A stretch of 64,000 nucleotides of DNA from a virus (taxonomy: Duplodnaviria; Caudoviricetes), in the IMG/VR virus record IMGVR_UViG_2868569063_000004, positions 32,001 to 96,000 of that record. One strand, given 5' to 3'. The notes beneath the pieces are model-generated. The model did not search any database. It saw nothing but the letters and a program-made list of their open reading frames with translations, and was not told the DNA's origin. This document shows, piece by piece, positions 19,399 through 29,168 of this stretch. Both the position numbers and the translations under genes were made by a program. The number at the start of each line of letters is the position of its first letter. The stretch's first letter is position 1.

Positions 19399-20991
19399 TC
19401 AATCCTTAAATAAACTTCCATATGGTTTCTTAGCTTTCTTAGGTTCAGTAAAACCAATAGCACTAGGTTTCTGCTGATAGTTGAAAGTGCCTTTTTCTTT
19501 AACATATTTACCTAAAATAGCATCGGCTCTTGTCTGTACTTCTTCTACACTGTAGATAGCCTGATTTTTGATCAGTTCTTTAAAATCTTCTCTATTTTTC
19601 AGTTCAGTGTAAATTTCAGCACCAAGAACAGCTTCTTTATCTTTTGATTCGTACTCATTAATTCTATTCTGAAGAGCAGCATAGTTACTTCTGAGTTCTT
19701 CTAATTCACTTTTTTCTGAAAGTGTAAGATACTCTTTAAATAATTCTGTTCTTTCATCTGAGAGAGATACTGCATCGCCATCTTTTGTATAGCCCTGACG
19801 GAAAATTTTACTTTCATCCCAGTTGCTATATACAAAATGGTCATCATATGTAGCATTAATAAAATACCATTCATTATCATTTTCTTCCCAAGTAGACAGA
19901 AGAGTATATAATGCACCTCTTACATCTTCATGACTAATTTCAAAAGTAACTTCAGTATTACCATTTTCTTTTTTTGTATATCTTTTTTTATTGCTAAACT
20001 CTGAATTGTCATTTGATTCTGGATCAGCTTCCGGATCAGCAACTGGTTCTTTTACCGGTTCGTCTGGATCTTCTGTACCTTCGAATAATTCAGCAAACTT
20101 AGCCTCTAACTCTTCATCGGACATAGACTCATAATCAAAGTCAAGGTCTTCAACAGTTTTAGAGTATTTCTCTAATAATTCATTGAGTTTCAACGTTTGG
20201 TTTCCTCCTTTCGTTGGTTCTTCAATTTCAAACTTAGCAAGAGTCTCCTGCAAAGACTGAATAACCTTTAGTAATTTTTCTTCTGTATTAGTAAAAAGAC
20301 TATTATTCTCTTCACTGAAATCAGCAATATCTAATCTGGCACCCTCCATACCTTCTTCAACGGGTTTCTCGGTGATAGGATCAGTGCCTAAACAAGTTAC
20401 ACCATTATATCTGAATTTATCTAAGTGAAGCACTTTGTCCTTAGTGTCAAAAGAGAGTTCTGAGATACTTAATTCACAACTTACTTTACTTCCTTGTTTA
20501 CGCTGAATAATTTCACATGCTGGAGCACAATAATCGTTATAAATTACCGCATCGGCAATAACATATGTTTTATCATGTTCTTTATCATACTCAAGATGAT
20601 ATCCTTCAGGATTGACAAAAACACCAATAGGTTGCTCAATGTATGTAATGTTTCCTTCATCATCAAATTCCATAGCATGAGAAGTAAAATCAGTAGTTCC
20701 ATCAGATAAAGTGGTAATAGCGGCCAGAACTGGTCTATAGTGTAAAGACGGTAAAGCTTCTAACTGAGCTTCTTCAGATATATAAGATTTATTTCTATTT
20801 TCATATAAATGATTTACTTTGAATTTAGTTCGTAAAAAACCATCATCTTCATCAGAATCTTCTAATTCAAATTTTGCCGGAACCTGAACTGCAATATTAT
20901 ATCCAGACTCTTTGGCACTGAATACAGTTGTCTGATTCCTCTGTTCAAAAAAAGAATAGAGATCATCTAATGTAAGTACTTTTTTCTTCAT
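19399..20991 (-). CDS. Prohead protease/scaffold protein
   Basis: N-terminal protease-like region (VSCELSI...GVTCLG) plus acidic coiled-coil C-terminus; likely start MKKKVL. Confidence 0.7.
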   Translation of the reverse strand: MKKKVLTLDDLYSFFEQRNQTTVFSAKESGYNIAVQVPAKFELEDSDEDDGFLRTKFKVNHLYENRNKSYISEEAQLEALPSLHYRPVLAAITTLSDGTTDFTSHAMEFDDEGNITYIEQPIGVFVNPEGYHLEYDKEHDKTYVIADAVIYNDYCAPACEIIQRKQGSKVSCELSISELSFDTKDKVLHLDKFRYNGVTCLGTDPITEKPVEEGMEGARLDIADFSEENNSLFTNTEEKLLKVIQSLQETLAKFEIEEPTKGGNQTLKLNELLEKYSKTVEDLDFDYESMSDEELEAKFAELFEGTEDPDEPVKEPVADPEADPESNDNSEFSNKKRYTKKENGNTEVTFEISHEDVRGALYTLLSTWEENDNEWYFINATYDDHFVYSNWDESKIFRQGYTKDGDAVSLSDERTELFKEYLTLSEKSELEELRSNYAALQNRINEYESKDKEAVLGAEIYTELKNREDFKELIKNQAIYSVEEVQTRADAILGKYVKEKGTFNYQQKPSAIGFTEPKKAKKPYGSLFKD

Positions 20992-21039
20992 GTTAGCCTC
21001 CTTTCTATTGTGTATTTTTATCCTCATAGAAGAGGAGTA

Positions 21040-21225
21040 CTAACTTGCACAATAAATATCGGTATAAGTTAGCTTGTTTATATCTATATTTACATTTGCA
21101 AAAGAAAGAGATGAACAATTTGCAAATGTATAGATACCTTTAGTATAGCCGACCTGAGGAAAGCCAATAGATTTTAAAATATTTGCTGTTTCCTGGTCAG
21201 CAGTTCGGATAAAATGTTTGTTCAT
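21040..21225 (-). CDS. Small hypothetical protein
   Basis: 61 aa with SD in the portal 3' end. Confidence 0.6.
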   Translation of the reverse strand: MNKHFIRTADQETANILKSIGFPQVGYTKGIYTFANCSSLSFANVNIDINKLTYTDIYCAS

Positions 21226-21228
21226 CTA

Positions 21229-22773
21229 TTATCCCTCCTGTTCACTGGACTTTTCTGATTCTCTACTTTTTTCACCTTCATCTGTAAGGTTGTCGGATTG
21301 AGGTCTTCCACCTTTTGTATCATCTGTTTTACCATCAATAACTTGCTGTGAGGCAGATCCACTCAATGTGAAAGAAGTACTAAAAGGAATCCATGTTTCG
21401 TGAAGTTTTAGAACAGTATTTTCAAGATAATCCATAGATAAAGCTTCAAGAGGTGAGATACCATCAAGAGCAGCAACGGCTAGCTTTACTGGCACACCTC
21501 GTTCTCCAGATTTCATAAGTTCTTCTTTTTTAGAAGCTTTTGTATAAGGAGATACCTCAAAATATTTTACTCTAGCATGATCATCACCAATAGCAAAAGT
21601 AAGATATCTATTAACTCGTTCTTCTATCTGTGGAAGGACAGTTTTAATAGCCATCATTGTGTCACAAAGAATAGCAGCAGTAAAAGCTGTCGTACCTGAG
21701 ACTTTGTTATTATCAAGAATCTGTGCACCACCAGAATTTTTAAATAAATTCGAAGTAGCAGTAGCAATTCTATTAACATCTTGAGTCTGGTCACCTTGAA
21801 ACTCTATAGGTTCAATTTTAAGAGGGGAGATAGCTGCAGATACACAATCTGGAAGAGATTCAACTAGTCTATTATAATATTCAATGGCTGTATCAATATC
21901 TACTGAGAAATCATCTGGTTCGTCAGAGTTAGTAAGTGTTTCTAATCTTGCAACCAGAAGTTTATAGATTGATAAGTCATCTTTTACCGACTGAATACTT
22001 TGGAGATCAATAAGATCAATAAGTGGTTCGAACAAACCAGAAAGAGGTGGCATGTTAAGTGTTGGATCATCAATGTTAACTTTAATTACAAAAGTTCTTT
22101 CTGGATCCAACTCTTGCCAACGAAGAGTATTGTCACTTTGAAAGGAATTGTATTTAGAATTAAATTCAGAATCCCAGTATTCTAAGTCGGCAGTATGACT
22201 TCTGAAATAACTGAAATCAAAGGCACAATTAAGAGTGCCATCATAATTGACAGAAGATACTTTACAATAATCTCCATCAAGAGGGTAAATGAAGAATCCA
22301 GAATCATCTTCATATGTATAACCATAAAATGTATCTTCACGCCATGCAATCAATAGGCATTTTAAAATCTCTGACTGCATATTCATCTTATCAAGTTGTA
22401 CTAAAGTATTAAAATAACTAGTCTTTATTTTTTCATCGTCATGCGCATCCTCAGTAAAATCTATCTGAGGTATAACATTAAGAGCTGTTAAATCTACCAT
22501 TTCTGCCTGATAGGAGATAAGTCTTCTGTAATTATGAGAAACTCTATATAAGAATCTGCTCAAATTACGAAGGTTAGATTCATTGGTTTTAGGGTTTTGC
22601 ATATATTGACGTAATTTATCTTTACTAAATACAGTAAATGTTCTTGTTTCTGTTTTAGTTAAATCAATAAGCTGTACAGCTTGCTTTACTTGAGCGAATT
22701 TTTCTTGTAATGCCTGTTGTTTAAGAGCATAATTTTTTATCTCTTGAGTTGTTTTTTCCTCTTTAATAGCCAA
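21229..22773 (-). CDS. Portal protein
   Basis: 514 aa after terminase; C-terminal KGGRP motif. Confidence 0.8.
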   Translation of the reverse strand: MAIKEEKTTQEIKNYALKQQALQEKFAQVKQAVQLIDLTKTETRTFTVFSKDKLRQYMQNPKTNESNLRNLSRFLYRVSHNYRRLISYQAEMVDLTALNVIPQIDFTEDAHDDEKIKTSYFNTLVQLDKMNMQSEILKCLLIAWREDTFYGYTYEDDSGFFIYPLDGDYCKVSSVNYDGTLNCAFDFSYFRSHTADLEYWDSEFNSKYNSFQSDNTLRWQELDPERTFVIKVNIDDPTLNMPPLSGLFEPLIDLIDLQSIQSVKDDLSIYKLLVARLETLTNSDEPDDFSVDIDTAIEYYNRLVESLPDCVSAAISPLKIEPIEFQGDQTQDVNRIATATSNLFKNSGGAQILDNNKVSGTTAFTAAILCDTMMAIKTVLPQIEERVNRYLTFAIGDDHARVKYFEVSPYTKASKKEELMKSGERGVPVKLAVAALDGISPLEALSMDYLENTVLKLHETWIPFSTSFTLSGSASQQVIDGKTDDTKGGRPQSDNLTDEGEKSRESEKSSEQEG

Positions 22774-22784
22774 TGTCTCACCTC

Positions 22785-24791
22785 CTAACTAAACATTTTT
22801 CTTACTACACCTTTACGAATAGGCATAGCAGCAGCTATATTTTCTTTTTTGGGACGTTTCTTATTTTTAATATGTTCTCTACGAAGTTCTGAGAGTCCAT
22901 AACAGAGCATTGAGAAACAATACGAACGATCATCATGCAATTTGTTTTGCTTCTCTGTAGACAGTTCAAAACCATCTTTACCAGATTCTCGTTTCTTTCG
23001 TACCATATTAACCATTTCCTCCTTTAGCGAGTCGATCTGTACTAGACCAAGTTCCTCATCAGGAGATAGTTTATAAATTTTAGTTGAGGCCAAATTTCTT
23101 TCTTGAAGTTCTTCTTCAACTAAACGATCTAATTCACTTTTAGACATAGATTTATCTTTATACTTAGCAATTAAATCTTTTTTTGCTTTTGCCATTTCTT
23201 TTTCGTCTATATCTAGCATTGTTAAATATCCTTTATTATCATACTCAGCAGTGAAATCTATGAGATCAAGTCTCATCATTTCAATAGCAGCTTCATAGAT
23301 AATAGATTTATACATAGTAGGCGGTAATAATTTAATTTTATCTACAGCATTAGGAAATTTTTTGACATAATCAGACGACTGTTCTTTATCTATAAGACCT
23401 CTATGTAAATATTTCTGTTCACCTTCATGTCCTTCTTCATACCAATCTTCCATAAGATAATCTGCAATATTAACACCGGCACCACCAGAACCAGCATCTA
23501 TAAAGATATTACTTATGTTTGTATAGTCATCGACTCCATCACCGTTATAGTCAAGGATCAGTTGTTTCAGTTTCTTGACCTGTTCAGGCGTACGCATAGG
23601 AGTTTTATTCTTTTTACTAAGATCCATAAAATTAATACCATTAGCAATACGCATTCTCCAATTGTCTGAAGAATCTTTATAATATTCTCCAACAAGGACA
23701 AAAGAGTTATCCATAGATCTAGCTGGATCATATGCTAAGGCAAAAAGTCTGTCTTTTGTATCATTAAACATAATTGGGGGACGGATAGTAGAATTTTTTA
23801 CTATCATAGAACGTTTGAAGATGGCATCTGCACCGCCATCAGAAGTGAATATATTGTAATACTCACGAAGAGCTTTTTCTTTATTTTCACGCATTGCATT
23901 GTCAACCTTTTCTTTGGTTAACAGAGATGCTGGATAAATCTTACCTCTATATGTAGCATTAAACATAATCTCACAGTTGATGTCTGCTACAAAATGGTCT
24001 TTGGAACCCCAGATCATAGCTTTACTGTATTCTTTATACTTTTTATAAAAGTAAGAATCAGTAGTGCTGGCGCTTGAAGTGTAGAGTAATTGGTTAGGCA
24101 ATTCTTTAGGAAGAGTAGTTACATTTACACTTCCACCCATTTTAAAGTTCTTATCCTGAGCTGTATATGGTTCAATAACCTGAAATACTTCTTCGTCCAG
24201 GAAACCAGATTCATCAAAACAAACTGCTTCCGCACGTTTTCCTCTTTTCGCGTTGACGTTACTGTTAAGTGTTTTAACGAAGCTACCATTATACAATCTA
24301 TAAGTAAAACCTGCAGGATTTCTTATAAAACCATCATTATTGGTCATATTAATGACAACTTCATTCCTAAATACATCAGTTAATCCAGTAAATGACTCAA
24401 TTTCATTTTTAGCGATAGATACAATCTTTTCAAAAGTTTCTATGGACTGGTCACTGGTGCCAGCGCATATATAACATCTACAATTATTAAGAAGCATACC
24501 TCTTGTCATGTAATATAATGCAAGCAATGTCGATTTTCCATAATTTCTGGTACATAACCATAGAGCATACATCTTATCCCAAGAATTCATAAATGTATAG
24601 GTCTGCACATCAAGAAGGTCAACGCCTATGAATCTTTCCATAAATTTGGTTGGATTTCTTAATCCCCATTGTTTAATTTCAGAAAGTTTCTGCATTCCTT
24701 CCATTTTTCGTTGAGAAATGATTTCTTCTGTAGGCTTAACAAAAATAGTAGGTGTATCTGGAACCCATATACCAGAATCAGTCTGTTTCAT
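22785..24791 (-). CDS. Terminase large subunit
   Basis: RNYGKST Walker A, CFDESG Walker B, YDPA nuclease acid, HDDR. Confidence 0.92.
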   Translation of the reverse strand: MKQTDSGIWVPDTPTIFVKPTEEIISQRKMEGMQKLSEIKQWGLRNPTKFMERFIGVDLLDVQTYTFMNSWDKMYALWLCTRNYGKSTLLALYYMTRGMLLNNCRCYICAGTSDQSIETFEKIVSIAKNEIESFTGLTDVFRNEVVINMTNNDGFIRNPAGFTYRLYNGSFVKTLNSNVNAKRGKRAEAVCFDESGFLDEEVFQVIEPYTAQDKNFKMGGSVNVTTLPKELPNQLLYTSSASTTDSYFYKKYKEYSKAMIWGSKDHFVADINCEIMFNATYRGKIYPASLLTKEKVDNAMRENKEKALREYYNIFTSDGGADAIFKRSMIVKNSTIRPPIMFNDTKDRLFALAYDPARSMDNSFVLVGEYYKDSSDNWRMRIANGINFMDLSKKNKTPMRTPEQVKKLKQLILDYNGDGVDDYTNISNIFIDAGSGGAGVNIADYLMEDWYEEGHEGEQKYLHRGLIDKEQSSDYVKKFPNAVDKIKLLPPTMYKSIIYEAAIEMMRLDLIDFTAEYDNKGYLTMLDIDEKEMAKAKKDLIAKYKDKSMSKSELDRLVEEELQERNLASTKIYKLSPDEELGLVQIDSLKEEMVNMVRKKRESGKDGFELSTEKQNKLHDDRSYCFSMLCYGLSELRREHIKNKKRPKKENIAAAMPIRKGVVRKMFS

Positions 24792-25990
24792 TCCACAATC
24801 ACCTCATCATTTTCATCAATCAATTTCTTATCTCTGAGGAAATTTTTTAGATCATCGTTCTCTCTACGAAGAATACGTGCTTCTTCAACCGCAGCATCAC
24901 ATTTATTTTCTAATTCCAACACCTTCTGACGTTGGGTAGATATCATTTCAGTATAGTCATTTTCATCTAAAGCCAACTGTTTCATGATTGCAGCAGTACT
25001 GGCTTCCGCAACCTGAAGCATACCTTGAGAAGTTCCTATATCAAAAGCATTTACTTCCTGTTCACGAAGCTTCATTTCCTTAAGCTCTTTTACTTTCCCG
25101 GTCCAGGTATTAGCACCTTTAGTATTATGATTGCTATGCTTAATACTAATTCCATTATCACGAGCCAAATCAAGAGTAGTTTTCATAATGTCTTTTTTAG
25201 TGGCTTCGAGAGCTTTGATAGTAGCAGAATTTTTTATAATAGATTCTGGAGTTTTCTGCAGAGCATTAATTACAGTATTGATTTTTTCAGATTGGTTAAG
25301 ACTATGTACAATCTCTACACAGGCACCTAACTTCAATTCATCGTCTTGCGTACTTTCATCGAGGAAACCTACTAATTTTCCATACATTAATGGTTTATCT
25401 GCATCAGCAGCAGATTCGAATGGATCATAACCAAGAGCTGAAATAACAGTTCTTTTATTGGTTTTATACATTTTTTTTACTTCATCAGAGTTATCTACAG
25501 ACCCAATAGACGGTAGAAGAGTAGAACTATTGCCACAATCACCATCTTTCCAAGTTAATGTATTATATTGTGGCATAGATATATTTTTTATATAACTAGT
25601 CCAGGTATTATTTTTGGGCCGACCAGACATAGTGTTAGCAGCTTCAAGAATAGATTCATCATAAAGCTTTTGAAAGAAAGGTTTGTCTAAATATCTGAGC
25701 GCTAACTGGACACTCTGCTCATCTGGGGCTTTCTTATTGCCTTTTAAATCTTCAGAATATGCCAACTTTGCTGCACACATTTTACATATTCTTGTCACAC
25801 CAGTAGTACATAGAGGATCTGTACTTTTATAAAAGTCGGAAGCATCTTTCAGCTTTCCACACATATTACATGTAAATTTAGTACGCCCTACTTCATAGAG
25901 AGCTTCATCAATAGCACGATCAATAACTTTTTGAGCAGGTGCTTTAGGTTTTGCTCTTGGTACAGGCTTTTTTTCAACTTCTTGTGCCAC
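24788..25990 (-). CDS. Zn-binding protein, possible terminase small subunit
   Basis: 400 aa, CNMCG...CKMC; ATGA-coupled to the terminase. Confidence 0.6.
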   Translation of the reverse strand: MAQEVEKKPVPRAKPKAPAQKVIDRAIDEALYEVGRTKFTCNMCGKLKDASDFYKSTDPLCTTGVTRICKMCAAKLAYSEDLKGNKKAPDEQSVQLALRYLDKPFFQKLYDESILEAANTMSGRPKNNTWTSYIKNISMPQYNTLTWKDGDCGNSSTLLPSIGSVDNSDEVKKMYKTNKRTVISALGYDPFESAADADKPLMYGKLVGFLDESTQDDELKLGACVEIVHSLNQSEKINTVINALQKTPESIIKNSATIKALEATKKDIMKTTLDLARDNGISIKHSNHNTKGANTWTGKVKELKEMKLREQEVNAFDIGTSQGMLQVAEASTAAIMKQLALDENDYTEMISTQRQKVLELENKCDAAVEEARILRRENDDLKNFLRDKKLIDENDEVIVE

Positions 25991-26043
25991 TAGAGCACCT
26001 CCTTTTTATCCAATTAAAAAAAGATACCGAAGTATCTTAGTAA

Positions 26044-26116
26044 TAGCAGGTATGGGAGTTGAACCCATCTACAAGCCCTATGAAAGCTCCGAGGAACCGA
26101 TCCTACGTAACCTGCG
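26044..26116 (-). tRNA. tRNA with CAT anticodon (atypical Met/Ile2)
   Basis: T-arm ATGGG-TTCAACT-CCCAT; loop TT-CAT-AG; C1:U72 mismatch; weak D and anticodon stems. Confidence 0.65.
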
Positions 26117-26257
26117 GTATTTGTAGACTCAAAAGGCTCATTATCTGTTGCAATCAGAGACAAAACCTTCTAATAAACCTAATCCATGCGTATACACATC
26201 TCATAGTAAAACTTATCTACTTGTTTTATGGAATTTTGATTTAATTTGTCAACCTCA

Positions 26258-26339
26258 TGGGAGAAGAGTGATTCGAACACTCAAAGCAATTGCAACGGTT
26301 TTACAGACCGCCGTAGATCTCCATCTCTACCGTTCTCCC
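26258..26339 (-). tRNA. tRNA-Tyr(GTA)
   Basis: Cloverleaf with CT-GTA-AA loop, long variable arm, TTCGAAT. Confidence 0.85.
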
Positions 26340-26342
26340 GGA

Positions 26343-26426
26343 CGTTGCGTTAGGGATTCGAACCCCAGAGGCTTTTACACCCAGACAGTTTTCAGGACTG
26401 CACCCTCGACCTACCGGACACGCAAC
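26343..26426 (-). tRNA. tRNA-Ser(TGA)
   Basis: Cloverleaf with CC-TGA-AA loop, long variable arm, G73. Confidence 0.85.
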
Positions 26427-26637
26427 ATTAATCTGTCTTTCCAGATTGTCAGGCCGCCCCGCAGCCATTTCCTAATTATAAGTAAAAGGCAGGAGAGTAA
26501 TCCTGCCTTTCAACCGGAATCAATCCGGTTATCTTTATATTCATGATATGCTACAATCACATAACCAAGAGTTACATGGTAGGATTTTCACCTACGAATT
26601 CCCACAGGAGGTGGGCTGTAATCTACATATCTTGTAA

Positions 26638-26720
26638 CGCAAAGCAGAGTAATCGAAACTCAATCCTGTCGGATCACACGACTTAGCAGGTCGGTTCCAC
26701 ACCTTGTGAATTTACTTTGC
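26638..26720 (-). tRNA. tRNA-Ser(GCT)
   Basis: Cloverleaf with CT-GCT-AA loop, long variable arm, G73. Confidence 0.8.
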
Positions 26721-26811
26721 AGAATAGGAGGGGGGAGTTCCAGTTCTCCCCAAAGAAACAACTATACGGAAACTGACATTTGAGATTACCCACAACTCTC
26801 AAATATACAAA

Positions 26812-26883
26812 CATCCGGTACGGGAATTGAACCCATGTTACTGCATTGAAAGCGCAGTGTCTTAACCGCTAGACTAACCGGAC
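26812..26883 (-). tRNA. tRNA-Glu(TTC)
   Basis: Cloverleaf with CT-TTC-AA loop and GGTTCAATTCC. Confidence 0.88.
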
Positions 26884-26924
26884 AAATCGCCAACCTGGAA
26901 TTCACCAGGTCAGCAATTTAATAT

Positions 26925-27197
26925 TTATTTCACTGCATCTTTTAATGCTTTTCCAGCTTTGAATTTCGGTGCAAGATGAGCTTCTGTCATCATAGTTTCT
27001 CCCGTCTGCGGATTACGACACTCTCTAGCAGCTCTTTCAACAACTGAGAAAGAACCGAATCCTGTGAATGCTACTTTTCCTCCGCTTGCCAGTTCATTAG
27101 TGATAACCTGAAGAAATGCGTCAACCATTGCTCCAGTATCTTTCTTTGTGATTCCTGTTGTTTCTGCTACTTTTGTAATAACTTCTGCTTTTGTCAT
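26925..27197 (-). CDS. hup: HU family DNA-binding protein
   Basis: MTKAEVI...GFGSF...RNPQTGE...PKFKAGKALK. Confidence 0.95.
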   Translation of the reverse strand: MTKAEVITKVAETTGITKKDTGAMVDAFLQVITNELASGGKVAFTGFGSFSVVERAARECRNPQTGETMMTEAHLAPKFKAGKALKDAVK

Positions 27198-27214
27198 AAT
27201 AATTATTTCTCCTT

Positions 27215-27988
27215 TTATTCTTTATTATTTACTACGGCATATCTAAATTTATAGCCGTGAGTTTGTTTTAGTTTTCCTTTACACACCTTGCTTATAGAAG
27301 ATGGATCTAAATTTAATTCTTTAGCTGCTTGACTAATACTTTCATAATTATTGATAATTTCTCCAGAAGAGGAGATTCGATCTATAGATTTTAGGGTAGA
27401 ATCTTTATAATTCTTTCTTTGATGTAATCTATAAGAAATAATTTCATCAGTGGTCATATCCTTAATGTCATTGAAATACATAAAAATATATCCATGACAT
27501 GTATTGTTTTTCCCTGATGCCGTTTTAGAAATGTTTGTGGAAGCTATGCCATTAGCTCTGGCACAGTCTTGAACACTTACATAATACTCCAACACTTCAT
27601 AGTCAGTATCTAACTTTATAATGGGCACAGTTTCATCTATATTGTTAGAAAGCATTCCAAAATTTTTAGGAATACAATTTCTATTATAAGCTTTGTAACC
27701 TGCCAAGCCTGATCCACCAAGAGTCATATTATACCCATAATTATATGTATCTAATGTAGCTATCCAATAAATTTCTTTAATATCTAACTCGTCAGGTTGG
27801 CATTCTTCAAGTATATAAAAATCAAAGTTCTCAACACCGTATTTATCCATTGCTCTATAAAGAAATGTATCTCTTACTAAAGAACTTGTATGTCTATGCT
27901 GAGTCCATCGTGATTTAATATCAATAGATTGACCAACATACTTTTTGTGATTTATTTTATTCTCAATGCAATATATACCACAGGACAC
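27215..27988 (-). CDS. Free-standing GIY-YIG homing endonuclease with NUMOD1-like repeats
   Basis: GIYCI...KKYVGQS...GYNMTLGG; two C-terminal YxSxxxAA...G(Y)xF repeats. Confidence 0.9.
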   Translation of the reverse strand: MSCGIYCIENKINHKKYVGQSIDIKSRWTQHRHTSSLVRDTFLYRAMDKYGVENFDFYILEECQPDELDIKEIYWIATLDTYNYGYNMTLGGSGLAGYKAYNRNCIPKNFGMLSNNIDETVPIIKLDTDYEVLEYYVSVQDCARANGIASTNISKTASGKNNTCHGYIFMYFNDIKDMTTDEIISYRLHQRKNYKDSTLKSIDRISSSGEIINNYESISQAAKELNLDPSSISKVCKGKLKQTHGYKFRYAVVNNKE

Positions 27989-27994
27989 TCAACA

Positions 27995-28186
27995 TCAGTC
28001 CTCTACAGGGACCTCTGTTTTTTCTGTGACAGCTAAATCAAAAATACAGCCTTCAAATGTATTCTTCAGTGCATTGATAAGATCAACTACCTCGCCATCT
28101 ACGTAAATAGATCCCTGTTCATCAATTGTAGCCTTCTTGATTTTCATCTGGGTAGTAGTTGTTGTTTTAATTTCTACTCCATTCAT
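27995..28186 (-). CDS. YonK-like small protein
   Basis: 63 aa; size, composition and position resemble SPbeta yonK. Confidence 0.5.
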   Translation of the reverse strand: MNGVEIKTTTTTQMKIKKATIDEQGSIYVDGEVVDLINALKNTFEGCIFDLAVTEKTEVPVED

Positions 28187-28527
28187 CCTTTTCTTCCTTT
28201 CACTCTTTCCCACAATTTTAAAGCTTCTCTGTACTCTTTAATATTATCTTTCCTCCAACGAGCACTGTAACGTGCAGAGAATTTTAAAGTAGGTTCTATT
28301 GTTTTAATTTCTCCGTCAGGCATCTTTTTCTCATGACTTGGTACTAATTTACTAAACATACCAAATCCTGTGAACAGTCGAATTTCTACATCCTTATGTT
28401 CATTTGCTGACAGGAGTAAATCATACACAGTTTCTTCTAAAGCTTCATATATTTCAGCTATATTTTCTTCTTGATAGCCTGTTTTTTCTGAAACCTTAGC
28501 AATCAATTCTTTTTTGGAATATTTCAT
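28183..28527 (-). CDS. Divergent HU/IHF-like protein
   Basis: KKELIAKVSEKTG...LFTGFGMF. Confidence 0.75.
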   Translation of the reverse strand: MKYSKKELIAKVSEKTGYQEENIAEIYEALEETVYDLLLSANEHKDVEIRLFTGFGMFSKLVPSHEKKMPDGEIKTIEPTLKFSARYSARWRKDNIKEYREALKLWERVKGRKG

Positions 28528-29141
28528 AATATTTCATCAATAGGGCAGTCAACGCCAACAATAGTATCAACAATTCCCAATTCTTTAGCTTCTTCTGGGA
28601 ACATATAATATTCTCGATCAGCAATACCGTCTAAAAAATCTTTGGTAATAGAAGTATTGGCATATACAAGTTCGGCTAATCTTTCATCACATTTATTATA
28701 AAAATTCATGATGTCATTTGCTTTTCTGGAAGTCTGCATAATACCGGTTTGTCCGTCATGAATACAAATTGTACTATTAGGAAAGATATATGATTTATCA
28801 CAGACCATTGGAATATAACTTGCCATACTTGCAGCCATTCCAATTATTAAGCAATAAACAGGTGTGATACTATGTTTAATACAATCAATGAGTCCCATTC
28901 CGAAGTTTACGACTCCACCTACTGAATTTAAAATAATCCAAATAGGCTTTCTTTTATCTTCAGGAACATCTTTATCTTCCTGATTATATTTCAAAATATA
29001 TAAACAGATGGACTCTAATAGATTGTTATTGATTTCATCGTTAATGATTAATCTACGATTGTCATAGTTGCTTTTGATGATATCAGCAACTAATTCATCT
29101 ACTCCACTTTTCATAATTGGAAAATCAAATAATTCTTCCAT
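28524..29141 (-). CDS. ClpP-family protease
   Basis: LNSVGG, AASMAS (catalytic Ser), IHDG (His), EEAKELGIVD. Confidence 0.88.
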   Translation of the reverse strand: MEELFDFPIMKSGVDELVADIIKSNYDNRRLIINDEINNNLLESICLYILKYNQEDKDVPEDKRKPIWIILNSVGGVVNFGMGLIDCIKHSITPVYCLIIGMAASMASYIPMVCDKSYIFPNSTICIHDGQTGIMQTSRKANDIMNFYNKCDERLAELVYANTSITKDFLDGIADREYYMFPEEAKELGIVDTIVGVDCPIDEIL

Positions 29142-29168
29142 ATGTTTCTCCTTGTAATCCTTATATTT

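Noticed and set aside
22785-24791. Intein or intron in terminase
   Set aside because: Continuous ORF of ordinary length with no intein signature noticed.
26059-26546. Plus-strand ORFs of 61 and 132 aa
   Set aside because: Antisense to tRNA genes.
27215-27988. Intron around the GIY-YIG gene
   Set aside because: Flanking genes are intact and abut it with no room for a ribozyme core; treated as free-standing.
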